The translations under genes and the position numbers were made by a program. Below the pieces are notes generated by a model, which worked only from the letters and a program-made list of their open reading frames with translations, was not told the DNA's origin and did no database searches. Below, piece after piece: positions 9,130 to 17,591 of a stretch of 44,796 nucleotides of DNA (its first letter is position 1; each line of letters opens with the position of its first letter). The DNA comes from an uncultured Solibacteraceae bacterium (GTDB lineage Bacteria > Acidobacteriota > Vicinamibacteria > Vicinamibacterales > SCN-69-37): contig CAYZLT010000004.1 in the NCBI GenBank assembly GCA_964479175.1, positions 1-44,796 on the forward strand. Direction: 5' to 3'.

Positions 9130-10124
9130 TGGATCTTTCGACCACCTACCTCGGCTTCCGACTGCCACACCCGCTTGTGCCCGGCGCGTCGCCGCTGGGA
9201 TGGGACCTGGAGATGATCCGGCGTCTGGAAGACGCGGGGGCTCCGGCCATCATCCTGCCATCACTCTTCGAGGAACAGATTGAGGCCGATGCGCTGGGGA
9301 CGATGCACCACATGGACGTCCACGAACACGCGCACGCGGAGGCGCTGTCGTATTTTCCGCTCGCGGACGACTTTGTCATGGGGCCTGACAGATACCTCGA
9401 ACACGTGCACCGGGTGAAGACGGCGGTGTCGGTTCCGGTCATCGGGTCACTCAATGGCACGTCAGTGGCCGGGTGGCTTGCCTACGCACGGCTGATACAA
9501 GACGCGGGCGCTGATGCCCTCGAGCTGAACTTCTATCACGTGGCCACCGACCCGCACGAGAGTTCCGCTGAAGTTGAGCAGCGCCTGATCGACATCGTGG
9601 CGTCCATCAAGAGCACGGTCAGGATTCCCATCGCCGTGAAGTTGTCGCCTTTTTTTTCGTCACTGGCGCATCTGGCGCGTCGTCTTGACCTCGCCGGCGC
9701 GGACGGACTGGTGCTGTTCAACCGGTTCTACCAGCCGGACATCGACCCTGATGCGCTCAGTGCCGTGCCGCGCCTGCATCTTTCACATCCCGACGAACTG
9801 CTGCTGCGATTGCGGTGGCTGGCGATCTTGTCTGGTCGCCTCAGAGCGTCCCTGGCCGCCACCGGCGGTGCCCACTCGGGGCTCGACGCCCTGAAGGCCG
9901 TGATGGCCGGCGCACACTCGGTGCAGATGGTGGCGGCACTCCTGATCAACGGCCCGGAGCACCTCGCTCTTGCCCGACGTGACCTGTCACGCCTGCTCAA
10001 GGAGCGCGAGTACGAATCCCTCGCACAGGCGCAGGGCAGCATGAGTCTGGAACGGTGTCCCGACCCCGATGCCTTCGAGCGCGGCAACTATATGAAAATT
10101 CTTCAGACCTGGCGGGTGCGGTAA
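9126..10124 (+). CDS. Dihydroorotate dehydrogenase-like (class 1 DHOD fold) protein, PFOR-associated
   Basis: 332-aa TIM-barrel-like sequence (LPHPLVPGASPL.., PIAVKLSPF, LVLFNRF). ATGA overlap with the nifJ stop (9126-9129). Confidence 0.7.
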   Translation: MMDLSTTYLGFRLPHPLVPGASPLGWDLEMIRRLEDAGAPAIILPSLFEEQIEADALGTMHHMDVHEHAHAEALSYFPLADDFVMGPDRYLEHVHRVKTAVSVPVIGSLNGTSVAGWLAYARLIQDAGADALELNFYHVATDPHESSAEVEQRLIDIVASIKSTVRIPIAVKLSPFFSSLAHLARRLDLAGADGLVLFNRFYQPDIDPDALSAVPRLHLSHPDELLLRLRWLAILSGRLRASLAATGGAHSGLDALKAVMAGAHSVQMVAALLINGPEHLALARRDLSRLLKEREYESLAQAQGSMSLERCPDPDAFERGNYMKILQTWRVR

Positions 10125-10155
10125 AGCAGCGGGCCTGAAGGCCACGCCCTACGTG

Positions 10156-11025
10156 TCAGCGGCCCACGCCGAGTTTTTCGACCTTGCGCGTCTGCATGTT
10201 GTAGACGTCGCCGGCCGACAACACAAAATACGGCTTCTCCCACGGCTGATAGAGCCGGGTGTTGTCGTGGACCGACACCTTCCACTTGCCGACGACTTCG
10301 AAGGTGTCGCCAGTCACGACGATCGCGGTGCCCTCGGACAGACCAATGCCGAGCAGCGTCGGAAGCTTCGTGATGACGGGAGTCAGATCGTCCCAGCGAT
10401 TGCGCGCGTTGATGTGCTGATCGATGGCGGTGCGCCGGAGAAACTCAAACCCCTTCTGGTGATTAGACTCCTGCGTCATCACGACGTTGGGGCCTGAGGT
10501 GTCGCCACGGACGAGGTACTCGCCCTGAATCGTGGCGCCTGCGGAACTGCCGCCGATGACACCCCCACGCGCGAGCACATTGTGAAACTCCTTGTAGGTC
10601 AACGTGCCGGCGTAGGAATCAACGATGTTCCATTGGCGGCCACCGTTGAACCACACGGCATCAGCATCCCGCAGCACAGACGCAAAGGCTTCCGTGTCGG
10701 CCACCTTCGGGTCATGCGTGTGAAGCATCTTGACGTTCTTGATGCCGCGCTTGACCCACGACGCGACCGTCTGCGTCTCGTCGTACGGCCGCACTGTGCC
10801 ATCCGTGTTTGTGTTGCCGCCCGCCGTCGGGACAATGACGAACTTCTTCTCGACGCCACCCGCAAGCGCGATGAACTTCTCGACGATGCCGGTCCCTTCG
10901 GTGGCGCCGCCGCCAACGATGACCAGAGTGCCCTTGGGTGGGCCGTATTGTGGGGCCGGCTGCGCGCCCATCGGCAGCGACAGGAGTAGAAACGCCAAGA
11001 CGACGGCGACGGGCTTGAGTCTCAT
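10156..11025 (-). CDS. Secreted cyanophycinase-like peptidase (family S51)
   Basis: LVIVGGGATEG, IVPTAG and the nucleophile motif GGSSAGATI. Signal peptide MRLKPVAVVLAFLLLSLPMGA. ATG 11025 has AGGA 8 nt upstream. The ORF-track GTG at 11055 lies inside a palindromic repeat. Confidence 0.75.
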   Translation of the reverse strand: MRLKPVAVVLAFLLLSLPMGAQPAPQYGPPKGTLVIVGGGATEGTGIVEKFIALAGGVEKKFVIVPTAGGNTNTDGTVRPYDETQTVASWVKRGIKNVKMLHTHDPKVADTEAFASVLRDADAVWFNGGRQWNIVDSYAGTLTYKEFHNVLARGGVIGGSSAGATIQGEYLVRGDTSGPNVVMTQESNHQKGFEFLRRTAIDQHINARNRWDDLTPVITKLPTLLGIGLSEGTAIVVTGDTFEVVGKWKVSVHDNTRLYQPWEKPYFVLSAGDVYNMQTRKVEKLGVGR

Positions 11026-11052
11026 GCGGGCAATCCTACTTGAGTTCGATTT

Positions 11053-11117
11053 CACAGGGAGACACGGAGGTTTCTTGAATGTTTACGAAAACTCTCCGTG
11101 TCTCAGTGCCTCCCTGT
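11053..11117. repeat. Imperfect palindromic intergenic element, family A copy 1 (CACAGGGAGACACGGAG ... CTCCGTGTCTC..CCTCCCTGT)
   Basis: Shares an identical 17-mer and matching right-arm blocks with 29543-29612. It sits directly after the argH stop (11120-11122). Confidence 0.8.
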
Positions 11118-11119
11118 AA

Positions 11120-12505
11120 TTACTGGTTTTGATCTTTGATCCAGGTCTTGGTTTCCGCCAGTGCTGCCGCGACCGGGCCTGGGCCAGTCGATTGTGGGGT
11201 GAGGCGGGCTTTGACGGCCGCCTCAGGCGTCATCGCTCCGAAGATGCCGTCGTCGAAGACATCGTGGTATCCACGCCAGTCATCAAGTGTCAGCGCCGAG
11301 AAGTCGCGGCCGGATTCATACAAGTCCCGCACAATTTTTCCTGACACCTCGTGTGCGGTGCGGAATGGCAGGCCACGTCCCACCAGGTAGTCGGCGACCT
11401 CGGTGGCGAGCAACAGACCCGATGCGGCCTGCCGCATCACAGCCGGACGCGGGGTGAGTGTACGCACCACAGCCGCGCAGGTCATGAGGCATCCCGCGAG
11501 GTCGTCCTCTGCAGAAAACGCAAGGGCTTTGTCTTCCTGCAAATCCTTGTTGTACCCAAGCGGCAACCCCTTCATCGTGGCCAACCAGCCCGAGAGCACT
11601 CCGATAGCACGACCCGCCTTGCCGCGGACCAGCTCCATCGGATCGGGATTTTTTTTCTGCGGCATCAGGCTCGATCCAGTCGCGACCTCATCGGCCAATT
11701 CGAAAAACCCGAACTCCTCGCTCGTGAACAGAATCACGTCCTCGGCGAGCCGGCTCAGACGCGTCATGCACATCGCACACGCGTACATGAACGACGCGAC
11801 GAAGTCGCGATCGCCGGACGTATCGATGCTGTTGAGAGTGACGCGCGAAAAGCCGAGCGTCTCGGCCAGAAACGCCGTGTCGATGTTGTAACTGGTGCCG
11901 GCAATCGCGCCAGATCCGAGCGGCATCAGATCGGCTTCGTGACGAGCGGCTTCCAGGCGATCAACATCGCGTCGGAGCGCGGCCGCGTACGACAACCACA
12001 CGTGCGCCACCAGCACCGGCTGCGCACGACGCAAATGGGTGTACGACGGCATGGTCGCCTGACCAGCACGTTCCGCCTGAGCAACCAGCGACTCCACGAC
12101 CGCGACGACCGCACGCTGGAGTGCGGGAATCCGGCGACGAAGATAGAGGCGGAAGTCGACCGACACCTGTTCGTTGCGCGACCGACCGGTATGCAGGCGT
12201 TTGCCCGCCTCGCCTATCCGCGCGACGAGTTCCCGCTCCACAAACGCATGCACATCCTCATCGTCTGCTGTGTCGAGCATTGATGGGTCCGCGTGCACAG
12301 ACGCCCGAACAGCGTCGAGGCCGGCCACGATGGCATCGGCATCTGCCGGTGAGAGAACGCCGGCGCGACCTAGCGCCTGCGCCCATGCGCGGCTGCCCGT
12401 GATGTCATCGTCAATCAGGCGCTTGTCGACTGGCAGTGATTTGCCGAAGTCGAAGACCTCGGCGTTTGGTGCGTTGTCAAAACGACCACTCCACAAATTC
12501 GCCAC
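11120..12505 (-). CDS. argH: Argininosuccinate lyase
   Basis: LWSGRF N-terminus; fumarate-lyase signature GSSLMPQKKNPD; 461 aa. Confidence 0.95.
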   Translation of the reverse strand: MANLWSGRFDNAPNAEVFDFGKSLPVDKRLIDDDITGSRAWAQALGRAGVLSPADADAIVAGLDAVRASVHADPSMLDTADDEDVHAFVERELVARIGEAGKRLHTGRSRNEQVSVDFRLYLRRRIPALQRAVVAVVESLVAQAERAGQATMPSYTHLRRAQPVLVAHVWLSYAAALRRDVDRLEAARHEADLMPLGSGAIAGTSYNIDTAFLAETLGFSRVTLNSIDTSGDRDFVASFMYACAMCMTRLSRLAEDVILFTSEEFGFFELADEVATGSSLMPQKKNPDPMELVRGKAGRAIGVLSGWLATMKGLPLGYNKDLQEDKALAFSAEDDLAGCLMTCAAVVRTLTPRPAVMRQAASGLLLATEVADYLVGRGLPFRTAHEVSGKIVRDLYESGRDFSALTLDDWRGYHDVFDDGIFGAMTPEAAVKARLTPQSTGPGPVAAALAETKTWIKDQNQ

Positions 12506-12506
12506 G

Positions 12507-13427
12507 TTATTTCGCCTCGCCCATAAAACACGTGAATCGCACGGTGCCGTCCTTGCCGTCGAGCCTTGATAACGCCTGATGAATCAGGACCGACGCTGGT
12601 GCTTCCTCAATGGTGCGTGGGCGCACGCCGGGCACAGCGGGAAAATCCAGACGGCCGATGCCATGGGCACCGGCGATCGTGTCGAGTGACACGATGAGTT
12701 CCACCAGCGGCATGGCGATGCCGTTGAGCTCGACAGGCAGTCCGCCTTTGAATGTCATCTCCACCATGGACGGTTCCTTGGCCCACCCTTCAACTCCGCG
12801 CGTCACCGTGTACACGTCGGCAGGAGGTTCAGTCTCGGGATTGTCCAGCACCTCAGTCGTCACCGATCGGCCCCAGAGGTTTCGCACCTCGATGACCGGG
12901 CGGGTGTTGGCAGACGGCACCGGGATTCCGCGCTCACGACCGAACGCCAACAAGGCGGGCACGTCCATCCCCCACTCGCGCGCGGGGGCGAGCAGGACCA
13001 TGTCCGCACCGCCGGCGATGAGCGCGGCTTCCAGGCCGGCCGGATCGTTCGCGGGGAACGCACTGCCGTGCGCGATGGCCGTGGCACCCTCGATACGCGC
13101 AACCTCCAGCGTGTACCGGGCAATCAGAGGACGCGCAAGCGCGGCCGCACGTGGCTCGGTGAGTGGCAGGGGCCACGCCGGCGCCACGGCCTCGCGCGCA
13201 AATGCTTCGCGAACGTCGAGCACATGGGCGCGCGACGCGCCAATCCCAAGCGCGCGATCACGCACGTCGTTGAGGTCACGCCCTTGCCCAAGATCCAGCG
13301 TCACCGTCGCCACATCCTCGGCGCCTTGTTCACGCAACCACGCCAGGGCTGCGGAGGTCACCAGGTCCCCCGAATACGCCAGCACCACCCGGCGCGCCCG
13401 AGCGCTCTGTGTTTGTCCAGAAATCAC
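12507..13427 (-). CDS. argG: Argininosuccinate synthase-like protein, short and motif-degenerate
   Basis: Collinear by eye with ArgG (VVLAYSG.., ARPLIA, AIAHG, APAREW, GIPVP, NLWGRS, HGIGRLD). It is only 306 aa, and the SGGLDTS and GKGNDQ motifs are altered. GTGA overlap with the argR stop; 1-nt gap to the argH start. Confidence 0.7.
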   Translation of the reverse strand: MISGQTQSARARRVVLAYSGDLVTSAALAWLREQGAEDVATVTLDLGQGRDLNDVRDRALGIGASRAHVLDVREAFAREAVAPAWPLPLTEPRAAALARPLIARYTLEVARIEGATAIAHGSAFPANDPAGLEAALIAGGADMVLLAPAREWGMDVPALLAFGRERGIPVPSANTRPVIEVRNLWGRSVTTEVLDNPETEPPADVYTVTRGVEGWAKEPSMVEMTFKGGLPVELNGIAMPLVELIVSLDTIAGAHGIGRLDFPAVPGVRPRTIEEAPASVLIHQALSRLDGKDGTVRFTCFMGEAK

Positions 13428-13873
13428 TTTTTAATGACCTCGTTCCATCGTGTTTCAACCGTGACTGCTGCCTGCGCACCACGACACACAATAAGGATGG
13501 TGTCATCGCCGGCAATCGTGCCGGCAATCTCTTCGAGCTTCACGCGATCAATCAGGACCGCCACACTCTGGGCCTGCCCGGGGTCAGTCCGAAGGATCAC
13601 CATCGCGTCCACCCGCTCGAGCCCCCGGACCAACGTGCCAATCGACCGCCGGAGTTGTTCCTCGGTGGCCGGCGAACTGCGCTCGACCCCCGGCCGCTCG
13701 TAGGCTCCGTCCCCGGCGCGTTTGACCAGCCCCAGGTCCTTCAGGTCCCTGGAAAGGGTCGCCTGGGTCGCCTTAATCCCCCGCGCCGAGAGCTTGAGAC
13801 GCAACTCCTCTTGGGAGGCCACGGCCTCGTGATCAATCACGTCGAGAATCTGTGACTGCCTCCAAGGCTTCAT
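13424..13873 (-). CDS. argR: Arginine repressor
   Basis: N-terminal winged-helix (QEELRLKLSARGIKATQATLSRDLKDLGLVK) and C-terminal GTIAGDDTILIV motif; 149 aa. Confidence 0.93.
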   Translation of the reverse strand: MKPWRQSQILDVIDHEAVASQEELRLKLSARGIKATQATLSRDLKDLGLVKRAGDGAYERPGVERSSPATEEQLRRSIGTLVRGLERVDAMVILRTDPGQAQSVAVLIDRVKLEEIAGTIAGDDTILIVCRGAQAAVTVETRWNEVIKK

Positions 13874-13935
13874 ATATATTCACCCATGCGCCGCCATTAT
13901 ACACGCTGCGATGAATACTCAACCTGTTTATGCAT
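13871..13935. promoter_or_regulatory. ARG-box-like TGAATA half-sites in the divergent arg control region, plus a possible argR promoter
   Basis: TGAATATATATG (minus strand, 13871-13882) overlaps the argR start. ATGAATACTCAA..TTATGCAT lies at 13911-13935. On the minus strand there is a perfect TATAAT (13901-13896) with TTGAGT 15 nt upstream (13922-13917). Confidence 0.35.
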
Positions 13936-13957
13936 CGTGTTTACTTGAAATATGTGC

Positions 13958-13986
13958 TTGCAGCCGTGTTTTCAGCCACGTATAGT
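13958..13986 (+). promoter_or_regulatory. Sigma-70-like promoter for the argC operon (TTGCAG-17 nt-TATAGT)
   Basis: -35 at 13958-13963 and -10 at 13981-13986 with an exact 17-nt spacer. It lies in a locally AT-rich stretch, 12 nt before the argC ATG. Confidence 0.4.
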
Positions 13987-13997
13987 TACAGTGTCAA

Positions 13998-14013
13998 ATG
14001 AATAAGTATTCAT
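13998..14013. promoter_or_regulatory. Palindromic ARG box ATGAATAAGTATTCAT overlapping the argC start codon
   Basis: Contains the TGAATAAGTATTCA core. Seven of 8 positions are symmetric and it matches the TGAAT-N4-ATTCA operator architecture known for ArgR/AhrC. Confidence 0.55.
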
Positions 14014-15002
14014 CCCCAGTTCGTGTCGCAATCGCAGGTGCCACCGGATATGCCGGGCAGGAATTGTTGACGCTGCTCAATCGTCATCCGGAGGTCCAGA
14101 TCACGGCGGCGATGTCGTCGAGTCCGGACTCGTCGGCGCGGCCGATGCCCCGGTTGGCCCGGACCTGGGAGGGCAAGATCGAGCCGCTCAACCGCGCCAA
14201 GTTGGCCGAGGCGACGTTTGTGTTCCTGGCGGTCCCTGAAGCGGCGGCGGCTGGGCTCGCACCGGAGTTGCTTGAGGCCGGCGTCAAGGTCATCGATCTT
14301 TCCGGCGCGTTCCGGATCACGGATGCAGCGACGCGGGCCAAGTGGTACCCGGCGACGACCTTGTTGCCTGACGGCGTGGCGTACGGGCTTGTTGAGCACA
14401 ACCGGGCGGCGATCGAGACGGCGTCACTGGTGGCGTGCCCGGGTTGTTATCCGACCGCGGCACTGCTCGCCCTCACGCCGTTGGTGGAGTCGGGACTCAT
14501 TGATCTCTCCCGCGACGTGATCGTGGATGCGAAGTCGGGGATCTCGGGCGCGGGTCGGACGGCCAGCGATCGGACCCACTTCTCCGAGAATCACGGGTCG
14601 ATGGCGGCCTACGGCGTGCTCGGTCATCGCCATGTGGCGGAGATGGAACAGTCGCTCGGGTGCGAGGTGACGTTTGTGCCGCACCTGGTGCCGCTTGATC
14701 GGGGCATCCTCGAGACGATCTATGTGCGCGTCAAGGAAGGCACCACGGCGGAGGCCATCGGCGAGTCCCTCGGGCACGCCTACAAACACGCGCCGTTTGT
14801 GCGGCTCACCGGTGATGCGTTGCCGGAGATCAAACACGTCGCGTGGACCAATTTCTGCGACATCGGCTGGAAGTTTGACGCCGCCTCCCGTCGTCTCGTG
14901 ATGGTCGTGTGCATCGACAACCTGGTGAAGGGCGCGGCCGGGCAGGCGATTCAGAACCTGAACGTGATTTGCGGATTCGACGAGCGGACAGGACTGCGAT
15001 GA
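13998..15002 (+). CDS. argC: N-acetyl-gamma-glutamyl-phosphate reductase
   Basis: VAIAGATGYAGQELL Rossmann start; catalytic-Cys motif ACPGCYPTA; 334 aa. Confidence 0.93.
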   Translation: MNKYSSPVRVAIAGATGYAGQELLTLLNRHPEVQITAAMSSSPDSSARPMPRLARTWEGKIEPLNRAKLAEATFVFLAVPEAAAAGLAPELLEAGVKVIDLSGAFRITDAATRAKWYPATTLLPDGVAYGLVEHNRAAIETASLVACPGCYPTAALLALTPLVESGLIDLSRDVIVDAKSGISGAGRTASDRTHFSENHGSMAAYGVLGHRHVAEMEQSLGCEVTFVPHLVPLDRGILETIYVRVKEGTTAEAIGESLGHAYKHAPFVRLTGDALPEIKHVAWTNFCDIGWKFDAASRRLVMVVCIDNLVKGAAGQAIQNLNVICGFDERTGLR

Positions 15003-15835
15003 ACGGTCCGCTGGTGTTAAAACTGGGCGGCGAGTTGCTCGAGACCGCCGCCGCGCGTCACGCGTTTGCGGCCATGGTCGCGAACATGCGGGCGACTCGT
15101 CCTGTGGCGATCGTGCATGGTGGTGGTCGCGCGATTGACGCCGAGCTGGATCGTCGCGGGATCGCGCCGAAAAAGGTCGACGGCTTGCGCATCACGGACG
15201 CACCGACCCGTGACGCCGTGGTCGCCGTCCTTGCGGGTTCGGCCAACACCGATCTTGTGGCGGCACTGGTGAACGCGATGGTGCCGGCGGTCGGCCTCAC
15301 GGGTGTGGACGCCGCGATGGCGGAATCGCAGAAGGCACCCGCGCTGCGGTCAACCTCCGGTGCCGAAGTGGACCTTGGACTCGTGGGTGATCCCGAAGAC
15401 GTGGACCCAGCGCTGGTCGAACTGTTGATGACATCGGGCTACGTCCCCGTGGTGGCCAGTCTCGGTATCGAGCGCGGCAATCAGGGTGCCGGCATTCTCA
15501 ACGTCAACGCCGACGTGATGGCGTGCCGCCTTGCGGCGGCGCTCGGTGCGGAGTTGGTGATTGCAGGCACAACCGCGGGTGTCCTCAACGCGCAGGGCGC
15601 GCTGATTCCTGCGCTGACGACGGTTGAAATGGACGCCTTGATTCACGATGGCACGGCAACTGCAGGAATGATCGCCAAGTTGCGCGCGTGCCGGATGGCA
15701 CTCGATGAAGGAGTGCCATCGGTGCGGTTGATTGATGGCCGAGGATTTTCCGCCGGTGTGGATCCGTGTGACGCGCCGGGCACGACATTGACACGCACTG
15801 AAACAACAGACACAAAGGTCGCCGTTCACTCATGA
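14999..15835 (+). CDS. argB: Acetylglutamate kinase
   Basis: LVLKLGGE and AIVHGGG motifs. ATG 14999 makes an ATGA overlap with the argC stop. The upstream part of the 308-aa track ORF overlaps argC and is Arg-rich. Confidence 0.9.
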   Translation: MNGPLVLKLGGELLETAAARHAFAAMVANMRATRPVAIVHGGGRAIDAELDRRGIAPKKVDGLRITDAPTRDAVVAVLAGSANTDLVAALVNAMVPAVGLTGVDAAMAESQKAPALRSTSGAEVDLGLVGDPEDVDPALVELLMTSGYVPVVASLGIERGNQGAGILNVNADVMACRLAAALGAELVIAGTTAGVLNAQGALIPALTTVEMDALIHDGTATAGMIAKLRACRMALDEGVPSVRLIDGRGFSAGVDPCDAPGTTLTRTETTDTKVAVHS

Positions 15836-17052
15836 GTACATCCGCCATCGCCCCCGTTTCGGTTCAGGATCAGGAAGCCCTGCACGTTCTGCAGGTCTAC
15901 CGCCGCACGCCCGTGGTGTTTGACCGCGGCGAAGGCATGTACCTGATCGCCTCCGACGGCCGTCGATATCTCGATTTCATCTCGGGCGTCGGCGTGGCCT
16001 CGCTCGGTCATGCTCACCCGGGTCTGGCGGCGGCCATTGCCGACCAGTCGCGCACGTTGCTTCACACGTCGAACCTCTTCTTCCACCCGCTGCAGGCGGA
16101 GGTGGCGACGCGCCTCTCGACGCTCACCGGGCTCGACCGCGCGTTTTTCTGCAACAGCGGCGCAGAAGCGGTGGAAGCGTGCCTGAAGTTTGCACGCCGC
16201 TACTGGTTCACCAAGGGCGAGACGACGCGCACGAAGTACATCGCCTTCTCGCACGCGTTTCATGGCCGGACGATGGGTGCGCTGTCGGTGACGTGGGACG
16301 AGCACTATCGCGCGCCATTTCAGCCGCTGGTCCCCAACGTGGTGTTTGTGGACAACAACGACCCGGCCGCACTCGCCGCTGCGGTTGATTCCACCACTGC
16401 CGCGATCATCGTGGAACCGATCCAGGGCGAAGGTGGCGTGCGCCCGATCAGCAAAGACATGGCCGCGGCGATAGAGGCGGCGTGTGCAAAGACTGGGACG
16501 TTGCTGATTGCCGACGAAGTGCAGAGTGGCTCGGGCCGCACCGGCGCGTTCCTCTACAGCCAGACGTTGGGTCTCACGCCCGATCTGGTCGCGCTCGGCA
16601 AGGCCCTTGGGGCCGGCGTGCCCGTCGGCGTCGCCATGTTCAGCAACGAGGTGGCCTCGGCCGCGTCTCCGGGCGACCATGGCAGCACCTACGGCGGCAA
16701 CCTGCTCGCGTGCCGCGCGGCCCTCACGTTCCTCGACGCGCTCGAGTCGCCGGCTCTGCAGGCGTCAATGAAAGCCGCAGCCGCTCGTCTGGGCAAAGGC
16801 TTCTGCGAAATGATGGGCCGCCTCGACCTGGTCCGCGATGTGCGCGGCGCAGGCCTCATGGTCGGCATCGACCTGACCTTTGACGCGACACCGGTCGTGG
16901 CTGCAGCGTTTGAACGTGGCCTGCTGATCAACCGGACAAGCTCGACCGTGGTGCGGCTCCTGCCGCCCTACACCGTGACGGAAGCAGACGTGGAAGCGGC
17001 GTTGCCGCTCCTGGAAGACGCCATTGTGGCGGCTGGGAGGGACTCGAAGTGA
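15832..17052 (+). CDS. argD: Acetylornithine aminotransferase (class III PLP aminotransferase)
   Basis: FCNSGAEAVEA and DEVQSGSGRTG motifs; ATGA overlap with the argB stop. Confidence 0.92.
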   Translation: MSTSAIAPVSVQDQEALHVLQVYRRTPVVFDRGEGMYLIASDGRRYLDFISGVGVASLGHAHPGLAAAIADQSRTLLHTSNLFFHPLQAEVATRLSTLTGLDRAFFCNSGAEAVEACLKFARRYWFTKGETTRTKYIAFSHAFHGRTMGALSVTWDEHYRAPFQPLVPNVVFVDNNDPAALAAAVDSTTAAIIVEPIQGEGGVRPISKDMAAAIEAACAKTGTLLIADEVQSGSGRTGAFLYSQTLGLTPDLVALGKALGAGVPVGVAMFSNEVASAASPGDHGSTYGGNLLACRAALTFLDALESPALQASMKAAAARLGKGFCEMMGRLDLVRDVRGAGLMVGIDLTFDATPVVAAAFERGLLINRTSSTVVRLLPPYTVTEADVEAALPLLEDAIVAAGRDSK

Positions 17053-17588
17053 CCGATCTCGTAGTACGGCAGGCGACGATGGACGACGCCGAAGCCATTC
17101 ATGAGTTGGTGAAATCTCACCTCGATGAGGGGCACTTGTTGCCCCGGCAGTTGTCGGAGTTGCGTGCACACGCGGAGCGTTTCATGGTGTGTGACGTGGC
17201 CGGGCAGATCACGGCCTGCGCCGAACTCGCGCCCCTCTCGCCGAAGGTCGCCGAAGTGCGTTCGCTGGTCGTCTCGCGCGATTTCCGTCGCGTCGGCCTG
17301 GCGCAGCGCATGGTGATGGAACTGCGCGCGCGCGCCAAGACGATCGGCTTCGAGACACTGACCGCGTTCACCCATGACGCACGGTTTTTTGTGCGCCAGG
17401 GCTTCTCGATTGTTCCGCACGTCTGGGTGCCTGAGAAGATCATGACCGACTGTGTCGGGTGTCCGCTCTTCCGGCACTGCGATCAGTACGCGATGGTGCT
17501 GCCGCTTGCGGCACAGCAGACCTACCGGTCTTTGTCATCAGCACTCGCGTCGGCGGCCCGGGTGCCGGCAACGGCGCAGGTCGCGTAA
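17049..17588 (+). CDS. GNAT N-acetyltransferase, short N-acetylglutamate-synthase-like
   Basis: GNAT core (VVSRDFRRVGLAQRMV) and a C-terminal Cys cluster DCVGCPLFRHCD. GTGA overlap with the argD stop; located inside the arg operon. Confidence 0.75.
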   Translation: MTDLVVRQATMDDAEAIHELVKSHLDEGHLLPRQLSELRAHAERFMVCDVAGQITACAELAPLSPKVAEVRSLVVSRDFRRVGLAQRMVMELRARAKTIGFETLTAFTHDARFFVRQGFSIVPHVWVPEKIMTDCVGCPLFRHCDQYAMVLPLAAQQTYRSLSSALASAARVPATAQVA

Positions 17589-17591
17589 ATC

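Noticed and set aside
10125-10155. Small GGCC-TGAA-GGCC hairpin between the convergent DHOD-like and S51 genes as a terminator
   Set aside because: It has only a 4-bp stem and no U-tract, which is too weak to call.
15826-16680. 284-aa minus-strand ORF antisense to argD. Similar long antisense or offset ORFs occur at 1695-2438, 2688-3512, 3997-4800, 4826-5872, 11351-12283, 12610-13434, 23082-23984, 26544-27161, 37447-38061, 38545-39426, 39846-40595.
   Set aside because: Each overlaps a gene with strong family motifs on the other strand or frame and has Arg-rich, low-complexity translations. These are expected artefacts of about 70% GC DNA.
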